Assembly (NCBI GenBank): GCA_963664115.2
Contig: CAXWPJ010000001.1
Coordinates: forward strand, 53,844-117,843
DNA: 64,000 bases
From: Terriglobia bacterium
GTDB lineage: Bacteria; Acidobacteriota; Terriglobia; 20CM-2-55-15
Direction of reading: 5' to 3'
This document shows, in pieces, positions 10,174 through 20,133 of the stretch. Under the pieces are notes generated by a model that was not told the DNA's origin, did not search any database, and saw nothing but the letters and a program-made list of their open reading frames with translations. How positions within the stretch are numbered: the first letter of the stretch is position 1; every line of letters starts with the position of its first letter. Both the position numbers and the translations under genes were made by a program.

Positions 10174-10527
10174 ATGGGCCAACTTGGTTTTCAGGAGCTC
10201 CTTGTAATCTTCATCATCGCGCTCCTGGTATTCGGTCCGAAAAAGTTGCCCGAACTCGGAAAGTCCTTGGGCAAGGGGCTCCGTGAATTCAAGCGTGCCA
10301 CCAACGAGTTGAAAGCAACATGGGATGACAATTTGAAGGACGCCGAGAACGAAATCTCCAGTACAGCCAAGGATTTTCGGGATATCCAGAAGGATGTCAA
10401 CGCGACCATGAACGAAGCGTCAGAAGTTGATCAGGCTGTAGATAATTCCTCGACACCGCCACCATCATCCGGACCGCCCGAGGCGGGGCCGGCTCCATCG
10501 GAGACTCCCTCGCAGAAGCCCTCATAG
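10174..10527 (+). CDS. tatA: twin-arginine translocase TatA/TatB subunit
   Basis: MGQLGFQELLVIFIIALLVFGPKKLPELGKSLGKGLREFK; GGAGG RBS. Confidence 0.9.
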   Translation: MGQLGFQELLVIFIIALLVFGPKKLPELGKSLGKGLREFKRATNELKATWDDNLKDAENEISSTAKDFRDIQKDVNATMNEASEVDQAVDNSSTPPPSSGPPEAGPAPSETPSQKPS

Positions 10528-11286
10528 ATGTCCGTATCGCCGCCAGTAGAAGCCCAGAGATCGATACTTTCTGGAGAAATGTCGTTTCTCGACCATCTGG
10601 AGGAGTTGCGGCAGCGTATTTTTAGAATTCTGATCGCGATTGCGGTCACATTCGTGGTGTGCTGGGCTTTTGTCGACCAGATTTATAGAGTCATTGCGTT
10701 TCCGATTCTCGATGCGCTCGGGGACCAGCCGCTCGTATTCATCAGTCCCACACAGCCATTCAATCTATTTGTTAAGGTGTCCTTCGTAGCGGCTCTTTTC
10801 CTGGCGTCGCCGTTCATTCTGGCGCAACTCTGGCTCTTCATTGCGCCGGGCATGTATCGGCACGAGCGTCGCTGGGCGATCCCGTTTGTACTTTCGGGAA
10901 GCCTCCTGGCCATGACCGGTGCCCTGTTTGGCTATTTTATCGCCTTTCCTTTCGCCCTGGATTTCCTGATCAATTGGGGTGAGCGCGCCGGATTGCAGGC
11001 GATGATCGATGCGACCCTCTATTTCGACCTGTTTCTCACCATCGAACTCGGCCTGGCTGTCATCTTTCAAATACCTCCCGTGATTTTCGTTTTGAGCCGC
11101 CTCGGAGTGGTTTCGGCCGGTTTCCTCTTACGGAATACGAAATATGCCGTGCTGATCGCTTTCGTTATCGCAGCCATCATCACGCCCACGGCAGACATTC
11201 CAAACATGATGATCATGGCGGGCCCCATGATCCTGCTCTATCTCGTCGGCGTCGTCGTTGCTTTCGTCTTCGGGAAACGCACTTAG
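10528..11286 (+). CDS. tatC: twin-arginine translocase subunit TatC
   Basis: Motifs MSFLDHLEELRQR, FIAPG, FQIP, AAIITP. Confidence 0.95.
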   Translation: MSVSPPVEAQRSILSGEMSFLDHLEELRQRIFRILIAIAVTFVVCWAFVDQIYRVIAFPILDALGDQPLVFISPTQPFNLFVKVSFVAALFLASPFILAQLWLFIAPGMYRHERRWAIPFVLSGSLLAMTGALFGYFIAFPFALDFLINWGERAGLQAMIDATLYFDLFLTIELGLAVIFQIPPVIFVLSRLGVVSAGFLLRNTKYAVLIAFVIAAIITPTADIPNMMIMAGPMILLYLVGVVVAFVFGKRT

Positions 11287-11370
11287 ACAATCGATCAGGA
11301 CCTTCAGCGGTAAGCTAACCGTTCCGAAAACACTGAATTCCTGGCTGAAGTGGGCTACTGAGGGTCGCGC

Positions 11371-12300
11371 TCAGGGCAGGGATTGCGCGTCGATGTCGGG
11401 AAGTGCGTGGTAGAGAACGTCTCCGATGACTTTAAGGCTATCCGCGCTGGTCTTGTCCAGAGTGTCACCGGGTGAATGCCAGTAAGGGTAGTCGAAGTCG
11501 ATCAAATTGATAGCGTCGATACCGGCTCTCAGGTAGGGGACGTGATCGTCCTCGATGAAAGACGGCGTGTTCCCAAAGTGCTCGCCGTACCCGAGGCGAT
11601 CGGCGGTTTCCCAGATGAGCGTCTTCAACCAGTCACTTGAAGCCGCCTCCTCGAGGACGGTCAAATCCCTGTCGCCAATCATGTCGACAAGTATGAGAGC
11701 CTTCAGGTCTTCGAGCGCCCCTGCTTCGAAGCGGCGCGCGATATCGTAACGACTGCCGTATAAGCTGTCGGTCGCGGTCCAGTCCAGAACCGCTTCCTCA
11801 CCGTCGAAGAATATGAATTCGAGATCGTGTTCCAGTTCCAGGTCCGCCGTGATTCGGGCCAGCTCCAGGACCACCGCCGTGCTGGACCCACCGTCGTTTG
11901 CTCCCAAAAAGCTGAAATCAAACCGCTTCGTGTCGTAATGACCTGCAACGGCAATCGCTCCGTCACCCGATGTCCCGTCCCGGATGGCCCTGATGTTAGC
12001 CATCTCGATCTCCCCGATCGGTGTCCGGGCAACAAACACGTCCAGTTGAGGGTCGAGCCCGGCACTCGCCAGCTCCGAGACGATATAGTCCCGGGTCCGC
12101 GCCAGGTTTTCACTGCCGGATGGCCGGGCTCCAAAAGCGACGACCGTTTCCAGATCCCTGAACGACCGCTCCGCGTCGAATGGAGACTCGATCGATGCCC
12201 CCGCACCCGTGCCGGGTCCCGCTTCCTGAAATCCGAGCGTGAGGACGACGACGACGGCCGGAGCGGCGAATCCCAGCAACATACGTTTGTTCTTCGACAT
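11371..12300 (-). CDS. M28 family peptidase (glutaminyl-cyclase-like)
   Basis: Motifs GHYDTK, GANDGGSSTA, FFDGEE, DMIGD, DDHVP, YWH. Confidence 0.85.
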   Translation of the reverse strand: MSKNKRMLLGFAAPAVVVVLTLGFQEAGPGTGAGASIESPFDAERSFRDLETVVAFGARPSGSENLARTRDYIVSELASAGLDPQLDVFVARTPIGEIEMANIRAIRDGTSGDGAIAVAGHYDTKRFDFSFLGANDGGSSTAVVLELARITADLELEHDLEFIFFDGEEAVLDWTATDSLYGSRYDIARRFEAGALEDLKALILVDMIGDRDLTVLEEAASSDWLKTLIWETADRLGYGEHFGNTPSFIEDDHVPYLRAGIDAINLIDFDYPYWHSPGDTLDKTSADSLKVIGDVLYHALPDIDAQSLP

Positions 12301-12412
12301 GAGACCTCTCAAACTCATGGAACACAATAACCCGTTTCCAGAGGGATGTCATGGTCCGGATGATACGATTAGAGGTAACAGCGACGATCTAAACAACGTT
12401 GTGAGGTGCAAC

Positions 12413-12760
12413 ATGTCCGGGAATAAAGCTGAGACTGTCGGATTATTCATTACGGGAGCTCTCCTTGGGCTCACTGTCGGATTTCTCTACGCTCCCCAGA
12501 GCGGCTCGCGAACCCGTAAGCAGATTCGGAAACAGGCACGACGCAGCATCGAACACCTGGATGAGATGCAGGACGACATCCGCTCGCAGGTCAACAGTTG
12601 GGTGCAGGACGTCGCCGACGCCGTCGACGAGGGATTCCATCAGGGCCGTCGGATTACGCTGGCGGGACAGGAAAGAGTCCTGGGTGTCTTCGACGATGCA
12701 AAGCAGTACGTTGATGAAGGCCGCACGCGCGTTGAGCGGCTCATCGGGACTGAGCAATAG
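12413..12760 (+). CDS. YtxH-like protein
   Basis: FITGALLGLTVGFLYAPQSGSRTR followed by an amphipathic helix. Confidence 0.8.
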   Translation: MSGNKAETVGLFITGALLGLTVGFLYAPQSGSRTRKQIRKQARRSIEHLDEMQDDIRSQVNSWVQDVADAVDEGFHQGRRITLAGQERVLGVFDDAKQYVDEGRTRVERLIGTEQ

Positions 12761-12830
12761 TTCGCCGAGACCGAAGACAGGACGCCCCGGAGTCCGGAAG
12801 TGATGCAGCGGGGCCGGGTGCGCTAAGAAG

Positions 12831-12903
12831 TGGACGGTAAGGGGATCGAACCCTCGACCTCGGCATTGCGAACGCCGCGCTCTCCCAACTGAGCTAACCG
12901 CCC
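12831..12903 (-). tRNA. tRNA-Ala(CGC); CCA not encoded
   Basis: Reverse complement GGGCGGTTAGCTCAGTTGGGAGAGCGCGGCGTTCGCAATGCCGAGGTCGAGGGTTCGATCCCCTTACCGTCCA folds as a cloverleaf with a G3:U70 pair. Confidence 0.96.
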
Positions 12904-13065
12904 GTCCGGACCTCAGGGGCAGATCCCTGGAAAAATTAAAGCACCTGCATGAACAACTGTCAATTTAAGGGCCGGATACATACTAATACTAATAACACGG
13001 CCGTTCTGAACTGCCCATCCTTTAGAAAACCAAACTCCGCTCCTGTACCTACACGAATCATTTTG

Positions 13066-13956
13066 ATGCTTGTGAATCCCCTGGCGTTGGCTCTGCTGCT
13101 GGCCGCACTGGTCGAGGCTCAGGAGCCCGAGTTCACGCTCAATGTCAACGTGGATCTGGTGGAACTCAGCGTCACGGTTCTTGACGCAAGCGACCGCCAC
13201 GTGACCGGGCTGGAAGCCGTCAACTTCGAGATCTTCGAAGACTCGGTGCAGCAGGATGTTTCCCTGTTCCTGCACGAGGACCGTCCTGTGAGTCTGGGTC
13301 TCGTCATCGACAACAGCCGCAGCATGGAACGCAAGAAGGCGCGTGTGGACATGGCCGCGGTGTCCTTTGTGCGCCTGAGCAATCCTCAGGACGAAGCTTT
13401 TCTTGTTCACTTTGACGACACCGTGCGCCTGGCGCAGGAGTTCACGTCCGACATCGGGGTTCTCGAAGAAACCCTGGAATCGATCAGTCCATACGGCCAG
13501 ACCTCTATGTTTGACGCGTTGATGACAGCTCTGGAGAAAATCAAAGAAGGGCGATATGACGAGAAAGCTATTCTCCTGGTGAGCGACGGGGCGGACAATT
13601 CCAGCACTGCGGTCTTTGAGCAGGTGTTGGAGAGCGTGCGTCAGTCTGAGGCCGCCGTCTATACCATCGGCGTCCTGAATGACTCCGCGGCAGGTCAGGA
13701 GGCGCGCATTGCCCTGGAGGCGCTCTCCGACGCAAGCGGAGGCCGGGCCTTCTTTCCTCAGACGGTCGACGAGATTCCGGCGCTGACTGAGAACATCGCC
13801 CGCGAGTTGCGCGAACTCTACACCCTGGGCTACGTTCCCACGAACGCGGGCCGCGACGGCAGTTGGCGGTCGGTGCGCGTTTACGTTCCGATGCCTCCGG
13901 AATCACCGCGCTTAAAGATCAACTACCGGCACGGCTACTACGCTCCCGATCCCTAG
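13066..13956 (+). CDS. secreted VWA-domain protein (acidobacterial VWFA-related type)
   Basis: Signal peptide; VNVDLV, MIDAS DNSRS, SDGADNSS, Y.LGY.P, RHGYYA. Confidence 0.85.
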   Translation: MLVNPLALALLLAALVEAQEPEFTLNVNVDLVELSVTVLDASDRHVTGLEAVNFEIFEDSVQQDVSLFLHEDRPVSLGLVIDNSRSMERKKARVDMAAVSFVRLSNPQDEAFLVHFDDTVRLAQEFTSDIGVLEETLESISPYGQTSMFDALMTALEKIKEGRYDEKAILLVSDGADNSSTAVFEQVLESVRQSEAAVYTIGVLNDSAAGQEARIALEALSDASGGRAFFPQTVDEIPALTENIARELRELYTLGYVPTNAGRDGSWRSVRVYVPMPPESPRLKINYRHGYYAPDP

Positions 13957-13974
13957 CGGGCTGCGACCATCATT

Positions 13975-14724
13975 TTATAATTCAGTCAGGATGAGTGGGC
14001 CATCGGGTGTCACGGCCACGGTGTGTTCGAAATGTGCGGAAGGCTGAGCGTCCAGGGTCACCACGGTCCAACCGTCATCCAGTATTTTTACTTTCTCGGT
14101 CCCGAGGTTGATCATCGGCTCCAGGGCAAGGACCAGACCGACCTTTATCTTGGGGCCCCGGCCGTTCTGGACGTAATTGAGGACGGGCGGATCTTCATGC
14201 AGCGCTCTGCCGATTCCATGTCCGCAGAATTCCCGGACGATCCCATAGTTGTGGGGTTCGACCGTTTGCTGAATCGCCGCTGAGATATCGGATAGGTAAT
14301 TCCCGGCCCGTGTTTGTTCGATCCCGCGGTACAGCGATTCCCGGGTCACGCGCATCAGTTCAGTCACCTCCGGGGGGACGTCGCCGATCGGTACCGTCAT
14401 TGCGTGGTCCCCGACGAAGCCGTCATAGGTGATTCCGAAGTCGATACCAATAATGTCACCCGTCTTGAGAACGTTCTGTTTCGAAGGGATGCCGTGAACC
14501 ACCTCGTGGTTGAGCGATGTGCACAGAGAGGCGGGAAAGCCGCGGTAGCCTTTGAACGTCGGCGTTCCGTTCCTCTTGATCGTCTCTTCTTCCGCGATCC
14601 TGTCCAGGTCGTAGGTTGAAACACCATCGACACAGTTTTCACGGACGATCGCAAGGATTTCGGCGTTGATTCGTGCCGGCACCTTCATCCGCTCGATCTC
14701 TTGGAGTGTCTTGAGTTGAATCAT
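13975..14724 (-). CDS. map: methionine aminopeptidase type I
   Basis: Motifs SLNHEVVHGIP, GHGIG, EPMIN, SAHFEHT. Confidence 0.97.
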   Translation of the reverse strand: MIQLKTLQEIERMKVPARINAEILAIVRENCVDGVSTYDLDRIAEEETIKRNGTPTFKGYRGFPASLCTSLNHEVVHGIPSKQNVLKTGDIIGIDFGITYDGFVGDHAMTVPIGDVPPEVTELMRVTRESLYRGIEQTRAGNYLSDISAAIQQTVEPHNYGIVREFCGHGIGRALHEDPPVLNYVQNGRGPKIKVGLVLALEPMINLGTEKVKILDDGWTVVTLDAQPSAHFEHTVAVTPDGPLILTEL

Positions 14725-14792
14725 TTAAAACGTTGCCACGAGGCCATGTACCGGTTTGATTCTAACAAGAAATCAGAGAAATCGTTGAATCC

Positions 14793-14930
14793 GGTCTGGC
14801 CAAACCAGGAATGGAGATTCGCCATGAAGCTCTCGGCAAGATTGCCCTGCTTTCACAGGGACTGCCACACTATGCGCACTTGCTGAGAATTTATAGTGCG
14901 CGGATAGCAATCGAATCGACAATCAGTCAC
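14793..14930 (+). pseudogene. fragment resembling an AAA+/P-loop ATPase lid region
   Basis: EALGKIALLSQGLPHYAHLL resembles the GxP lid motif; no Walker motifs or full ORF. Confidence 0.35.
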
Positions 14931-15160
14931 GTGTCGAGAGAATTTGATGGGAGCCGCGCGAGGCCACCCACCCTCACGAACCAAGCTTTCGATGTCCGTC
15001 TGTGAACCCGAACATTCTTGGCGATATTTAGACCATTACGGACATATAAAGAAGCCGCGCCCCGTCGAGTTAATTGACAAAACCGCAGGGTTTTGATATC
15101 TCCCAATGACAAGGGCCGGTTGGACGCTTAAGGGGTTGCACTCAATCTGGAGGTAGCAGA

Positions 15161-15676
15161 ATGAAAGTCAAGGTATTCGTTTTTTTGGGGTTGACGGCAG
15201 GGTTGCTCATGATTTCGGGTTCGGTTTTGGCACACCACTCGAATGCGCCATCAGACAAGGACCGCCTGGTGACACTGACGGGAACGGTAACGAACTTCGC
15301 GTTCCGGAATCCGCATGTGGGCGTGTCTATTGACGTCACGGATGACCAAGGCAACGTTGTGAATTGGTTTGCCTCCGGCGGCTCTCCTAGAAACCTCGCC
15401 AGGGATGCCGGCTGGAACAACAAGACACTTACCAAGGGAGAACAGATCCTTGTTCAAGGCCACCCGAATCGAGACGGCAGGCCACTGCTCCTGTTCATGA
15501 GATATTATCGATGTAGTGGCGAAATGATCCCGGTAGATAACAATAAGACCCTTGCAGGAGCGTACTTAACACGCGTACAAATGGCACCCCTCGAAGCGAC
15601 TCGCGTCCAGGCCGTTTGCGCTGGACGAGAGCAGATTCCCGATATTTTTGGCCCGCTAGCCGGGGACACAAACTAG
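15161..15676 (+). CDS. exported DUF6152-like protein
   Basis: Signal peptide followed by AHHS, G.VT.F.F.NPH and W; GGAGG RBS. Confidence 0.75.
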   Translation: MKVKVFVFLGLTAGLLMISGSVLAHHSNAPSDKDRLVTLTGTVTNFAFRNPHVGVSIDVTDDQGNVVNWFASGGSPRNLARDAGWNNKTLTKGEQILVQGHPNRDGRPLLLFMRYYRCSGEMIPVDNNKTLAGAYLTRVQMAPLEATRVQAVCAGREQIPDIFGPLAGDTN

Positions 15677-15756
15677 ACACGGGAACCTAACAGAGTCATC
15701 GCTGGGACGCACGAATGAAGCGCTGACGTTCGCAAGACGGAAGGAGAATTTTAAAA

Positions 15757-16608
15757 ATGAGGATGAGCTTTGCAGTTTTGACCTCGGCCGCGCTACTGGC
15801 CTTCGCGCCCGGCATCTTTGCGCAGACTGCACCGGACGCAAGTAGTGCAGGAATAATGCGAACTGCGGATGGTCTGCCAGATTTTTCCGGATACTGGGTG
15901 CGCGGAGGCGGCGGAGGTGGCGGAGGCGGTGCAAGACAGCTGAGCGAGTTTCAGGGGGGTGACGCCCCCCGCGCCCCGACCCGAATCGAATTGGCCGAGG
16001 CGCTTCCTCTCACCCCTGAGGGGAGGAGATTAGTCGAACAATACACGTCAACCGATGGGGAATGGGCTGGAGAAACGGGCCTTTTCAATGATGCCGGCCA
16101 TCACCGCGTCCCTTGCGGCCCGGCGAGCCCTGGAGACCTCGGCCCCCCGGTCGAGATCGTTCAGAATCCGGCGCGCCTGCTCATGGTCTATACGGGAGGC
16201 GACACGAAATGGATCCGTCAGATCTGGATCGGGCGACAGCATCCCGAGGACCTCACGGACTACGAGACGGCTTGGATGGGTCATTCGGTTGGCCACTGGG
16301 AGGGAGACACCCTCGTGGTCGATACCGTCAGGGTGACTACAACACCCGGACTCATGGTGGATTTTAATACGGCCGCACCCCAGGGCCCTGACTTTCACCT
16401 GATTGAGCGTATGAGTTTGGCTCCCGACCAGCAATTGCACATCGAGAAAACGCTCGAAGACCCGGAAATGTATGTCCGCCCTTGGACGAAAAGCCAGGTT
16501 CTTCGGAAGGAGACGAACTGGGACGACGTTGCATTTGACTGGGAGATAGAAGAACAGCACCTCGTGTGCGAGGATGGCCGCTACCCATCGGACAACAACC
16601 CTTACTAA
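15757..16608 (+). CDS. exported hypothetical protein (PDFSGYW / GHSVGHWEGDTLVVDT family)
   Basis: Signal peptide, Gly9 linker, HSVGHWEGDTLVVDT, EDP.MY..PW, two Cys. Confidence 0.7.
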   Translation: MRMSFAVLTSAALLAFAPGIFAQTAPDASSAGIMRTADGLPDFSGYWVRGGGGGGGGGARQLSEFQGGDAPRAPTRIELAEALPLTPEGRRLVEQYTSTDGEWAGETGLFNDAGHHRVPCGPASPGDLGPPVEIVQNPARLLMVYTGGDTKWIRQIWIGRQHPEDLTDYETAWMGHSVGHWEGDTLVVDTVRVTTTPGLMVDFNTAAPQGPDFHLIERMSLAPDQQLHIEKTLEDPEMYVRPWTKSQVLRKETNWDDVAFDWEIEEQHLVCEDGRYPSDNNPY

Positions 16609-16792
16609 CGACCCTTGACACCCGTTTGAGAAGCGCACCCCACCCGGGGTGCGTCTAGGGTGCAGATGCGCTGATTTCCCTCGCGGATCTTAGTAGACTC
16701 TTCCTACCCTGCACGCTTGAAGCTATTGAAACGGCAAAGATGGACATCGTTTAAAAAGGTATAATCCTCCTCACATTGGAGGAGATATTGCG

Positions 16793-17329
16793 ATGGGAAA
16801 GAAGCTTGAGGGGAAGACGGTACTGCTGATCGTTCCCCCGACCCAGTTCAGAGAAGAGGAAGTATTTGAGCCAAAGCGAATCCTTGAAAAGGAAGGAGCG
16901 GATGTCGTGGTGGCTTCGACCACCGCCCGAATCTGCCGTGGAACGCGCGGGGGTGTGGTCGACGCGACCGTGGCCATTGAGGGTGCGACTGCCGAGTCCT
17001 TTGATGCCGTTGTGTTGGCAGGCGGCCTCTCGGTTCCCGATTACTTCTGGAAAGACACGAAACTCGCCGAATTTGTTGCGGCGATGTCCGAGGCTGGAAA
17101 GCTGGTCGCCGCAATCTCTCTCTCCACCGTCGTTTTGGCGAAAGCGAAACTGCTTGAAGGCCGTGAAGCCACCGTGTACTACCTGCCTGAAGCGCTTGAA
17201 GAGCTCAAAAATGGCGGAGCGGCCTACGTCGAAAAAAAACTGATCGTCGATGGCAACCTGGTGATGGCCGAAGGACCCGGCGCTGTCGGTTCCTTTACGG
17301 ACGCCATCGTGACGGCGCTGGCTAATTAA
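16793..17329 (+). CDS. DJ-1/PfpI family protein
   Basis: FREEE, DAVVLAGG, VAAISLS, LLEGREAT, VDGNLV. Confidence 0.85.
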   Translation: MGKKLEGKTVLLIVPPTQFREEEVFEPKRILEKEGADVVVASTTARICRGTRGGVVDATVAIEGATAESFDAVVLAGGLSVPDYFWKDTKLAEFVAAMSEAGKLVAAISLSTVVLAKAKLLEGREATVYYLPEALEELKNGGAAYVEKKLIVDGNLVMAEGPGAVGSFTDAIVTALAN

Positions 17330-17723
17330 CCGTGTCCGCCGGCGGGGCTGGAATTGACATCACGCTGAAGCTACTCTCCCGCACCAGATCGCCGGAAAGA
17401 AAGATCTGGAGGGCGTAGCTCCCAGGTTCGTCAAATGTGACATTCGTAAAGAAGGTGATGTTGTCGGCAGGGCCCGGGCTGGCAATGGCGAATCGTCCGG
17501 GTGTGGAGCGTACGGTTTCCTTCCGGTGTGGATTCAAAATTCGAACTTCCGTCTGGAACACCCCCTGGCCTTCCCAGTGATTGACGACAGCGAACTTGAT
17601 CACAGCTGCCGGAAACTTCGGCACGTACACGTTCTGAAATACTCCCATCAGGGATAATTTATGGCCGGCTTCGAGCCGGACGTCGTCGCAGAGTATCGAG
17701 TAAGACAGCGTCGCTGAATCCAT
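17322..17723 (-). CDS. hypothetical protein (DUF6941-like)
   Basis: LCDDVR.E...KLSL.G.F and F..PG.Y pattern; downstream of mpl on the same strand. Confidence 0.65.
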   Translation of the reverse strand: MDSATLSYSILCDDVRLEAGHKLSLMGVFQNVYVPKFPAAVIKFAVVNHWEGQGVFQTEVRILNPHRKETVRSTPGRFAIASPGPADNITFFTNVTFDEPGSYALQIFLSGDLVRESSFSVMSIPAPPADTVN

Positions 17724-17734
17724 TAGTATCCTCT

Positions 17735-19177
17735 CTAAACGGCTTCGCCGTCGCCCACACCGGTCATGGACTCCCGATTCAGCCGTTCCAGCAAGCGACG
17801 GTGGATATCATCAAAGCTACCGTTTGACATGATGACGATCCGGTCTCCGGGCCCGGCTCGGGTCGCGACAAAGTCGATAATCTCTTCAGATGAGCCCATT
17901 GCATGGGCTTCGGTTCCACCATGGCCCGCTTCGGCGGCCACACGCTGCGGGGACAACACGCCCTCCGCTTTGATGTGCGCCGCGGAGTAAACGGGGGCGA
18001 TGAGAACCATGTCGGCGATGCTGAGAGCGCGGGCAAACTCACTTTCGAACAGCCGGCGCCGGGACGTCTGGGAACGCGGCTCGAAGACGGCCCATAGGCG
18101 CGATGCTGGGAACTGACTCCGAACGCCCTTAAGTGTTTCGCGAACGGCTGTCGGGTGATGGGCGAAATCATCGTAGACAGTGATGCGGGCGACCTCCCCT
18201 CGAATTTCCAGGCGCCTCCGTACGTTTTTGAAGGTCTTGAGGGCCGTGGCTGTTTCCTCTTTCGAAAGCCCGAGCCTATCGGCCACGACGATCGCACTCA
18301 AAGCGTTGGCGACATTGAACTCCCCCACAAGAGGAGTCCAGACGCTATGCCAGAAATTCCCCTCTCTGATCACATCGAAGCGGGTGCCATCTTCTTCGTG
18401 GGTTATGTTCCGTGTCGTCCAGTCGCCGGTTTCGAGACCGAAGGTTTGTACGGGAGCGGGTGCGTCATCGAGTAGATTCCCGACGGCCGGGCTCTCCGCT
18501 CCGGCGATTATCAGTCCGGAGCGCGGCACGATGTGCATCAACCTTCGAAACGACAGCTGAATAGCTTCGAGATCCGTATAGATATCGGCGTGGTCGAACT
18601 CTATGTTCTTGATCAAAGCAATGTGTGGAAGGTAGTGGAGAAACTTGGGTCCCTTGTCAAAGAAGGCCGTGTCGTATTCGTCGCCCTCAACGACGAAGTC
18701 AGGTCCCGAGCCCAGCCGATAGCTGCTGGAAAAATTCTCCGCAACGCCCCCCACGAGGAAAGACGGTTCCCGGCCGCTGCTGTGGAGCATCCACGCAAGT
18801 AGCGCCGTGGTCGTTGTCTTGCCATGGGTTCCCGCTACGACGGTCGATCGATGTCCCCGAATGAAAAATTCTTTAAGGGTTTCGGCCATGGAGCTATAGC
18901 GGATGCCCGTATCCAGGACGTGTTCAACTTCCGGGTTTCCTCTCGAAAGCGCGTTGCCGATCACAACCAGGTCCGGAGCGGCATTTTTGATGTGTGTTTC
19001 GGAGAAGCCTTCAAACACAGGAATGCCCAGGCTTTCCAGAAACGTCGACATCGGAGGGTAAACGGCCTGATCGGAGCCGGAAACACTGTAGCCGGCGGTG
19101 GTCAGCATTCCGGCCAATGAAGCCATGGCAGTACCGCAGATTCCTGAGAGAAAGACCTTGTGGATTTGCTCCTGCAC
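17735..19177 (-). CDS. mpl: UDP-MurNAc:tripeptide ligase (murein peptide ligase)
   Basis: GICGTAM, GNALSRGNPE, AGTHGKTTT, EGDEYDTAFFDK, DDFAHHPTA. GTG start at 19177 inferred. Confidence 0.93.
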   Translation of the reverse strand: MQEQIHKVFLSGICGTAMASLAGMLTTAGYSVSGSDQAVYPPMSTFLESLGIPVFEGFSETHIKNAAPDLVVIGNALSRGNPEVEHVLDTGIRYSSMAETLKEFFIRGHRSTVVAGTHGKTTTTALLAWMLHSSGREPSFLVGGVAENFSSSYRLGSGPDFVVEGDEYDTAFFDKGPKFLHYLPHIALIKNIEFDHADIYTDLEAIQLSFRRLMHIVPRSGLIIAGAESPAVGNLLDDAPAPVQTFGLETGDWTTRNITHEEDGTRFDVIREGNFWHSVWTPLVGEFNVANALSAIVVADRLGLSKEETATALKTFKNVRRRLEIRGEVARITVYDDFAHHPTAVRETLKGVRSQFPASRLWAVFEPRSQTSRRRLFESEFARALSIADMVLIAPVYSAAHIKAEGVLSPQRVAAEAGHGGTEAHAMGSSEEIIDFVATRAGPGDRIVIMSNGSFDDIHRRLLERLNRESMTGVGDGEAV

Positions 19178-19190
19178 TCTTAGTTTCTTC

Positions 19191-20126
19191 TTATCGATCG
19201 ACAGCGGATTCCAGAAGTTTGAACTGAGCGCCCTGTTCGAGCGAGAGACGGGCCTGCACGCCGAAGGGGACGATGGCGTTGGGTTTAGAGGCATGACCGG
19301 TCGGAAATCCGAAAAGAACCGGCACCTTCAGGTCTCCGAGCGCATCACGGAAGACATCCTCAATTGTGTACTTCTGGTCCGGGTGCTGTGTGCATCCCAA
19401 CATCTCACCGACGACGCAGCCGCGAATGCGGTCGAATTTTCCTGATTGACGGAGGTGGGTCAGCATCCGGTCCACCTGGTAGGGACGGCAATCGGCGTCC
19501 TCCAGAACAAGAATGGCATCGGTCGTGTCAATTTCCCACGGTGTGCCCAGCGTCGAGACCACGAGCGAAAGACACCCTCCCGTCAGGGGTCCCTCCCCAT
19601 TTCCAGCGTGGAGGATGCTGCATCCGTCCAACGGAAATTCAACCGCTTCGCCTTCCACCAGCATCCGCATCAACAGTCCCTGGTCATATCCTGCATCGCC
19701 TTGCCGCAAGGCTGTCGCAACCATGGGGCCATGAAACCCGACCACACCCGCTCTCTGGAAAGCCGCCAGAAGCATGGTCACATCGCTGGAACCGCAGAAG
19801 ATTTTGGGATGGGAACGTATTTCCGATTCATCGATGAGCGGCAGCAAATGTCCGCTGCCGTAGCCGCCACGAGCGCAGAAAATCGCGCTCACGGTGTCAT
19901 CCAGTAACATCGACCTCAGTTCTTCCACGCGGCGGGTTGCGGAGCCCGCGGTGTAACGATCCACTTCCAGAATACCTTCGGCCACACGCGTCTTGAAGCC
20001 CAAGGATTCCAACTCGCCGAGCCCCTCGGCGAGCATTTCGGCTTTGAGATTACTGGCAGGGGCAATCACTCCTATGGTATCGCCCGTTCGGAGCGCGCGG
20101 GGTTTGCTGGGGTTCGGGCTCGGCAT
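19191..20126 (-). CDS. ldcA: LD-carboxypeptidase (S66)
   Basis: ARGGYG, GSSDVT, HGPM, GGCLS, LED, TGH; adjacent to mpl. Confidence 0.9.
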   Translation of the reverse strand: MPSPNPSKPRALRTGDTIGVIAPASNLKAEMLAEGLGELESLGFKTRVAEGILEVDRYTAGSATRRVEELRSMLLDDTVSAIFCARGGYGSGHLLPLIDESEIRSHPKIFCGSSDVTMLLAAFQRAGVVGFHGPMVATALRQGDAGYDQGLLMRMLVEGEAVEFPLDGCSILHAGNGEGPLTGGCLSLVVSTLGTPWEIDTTDAILVLEDADCRPYQVDRMLTHLRQSGKFDRIRGCVVGEMLGCTQHPDQKYTIEDVFRDALGDLKVPVLFGFPTGHASKPNAIVPFGVQARLSLEQGAQFKLLESAVDR

Positions 20127-20133
20127 GTTGATC

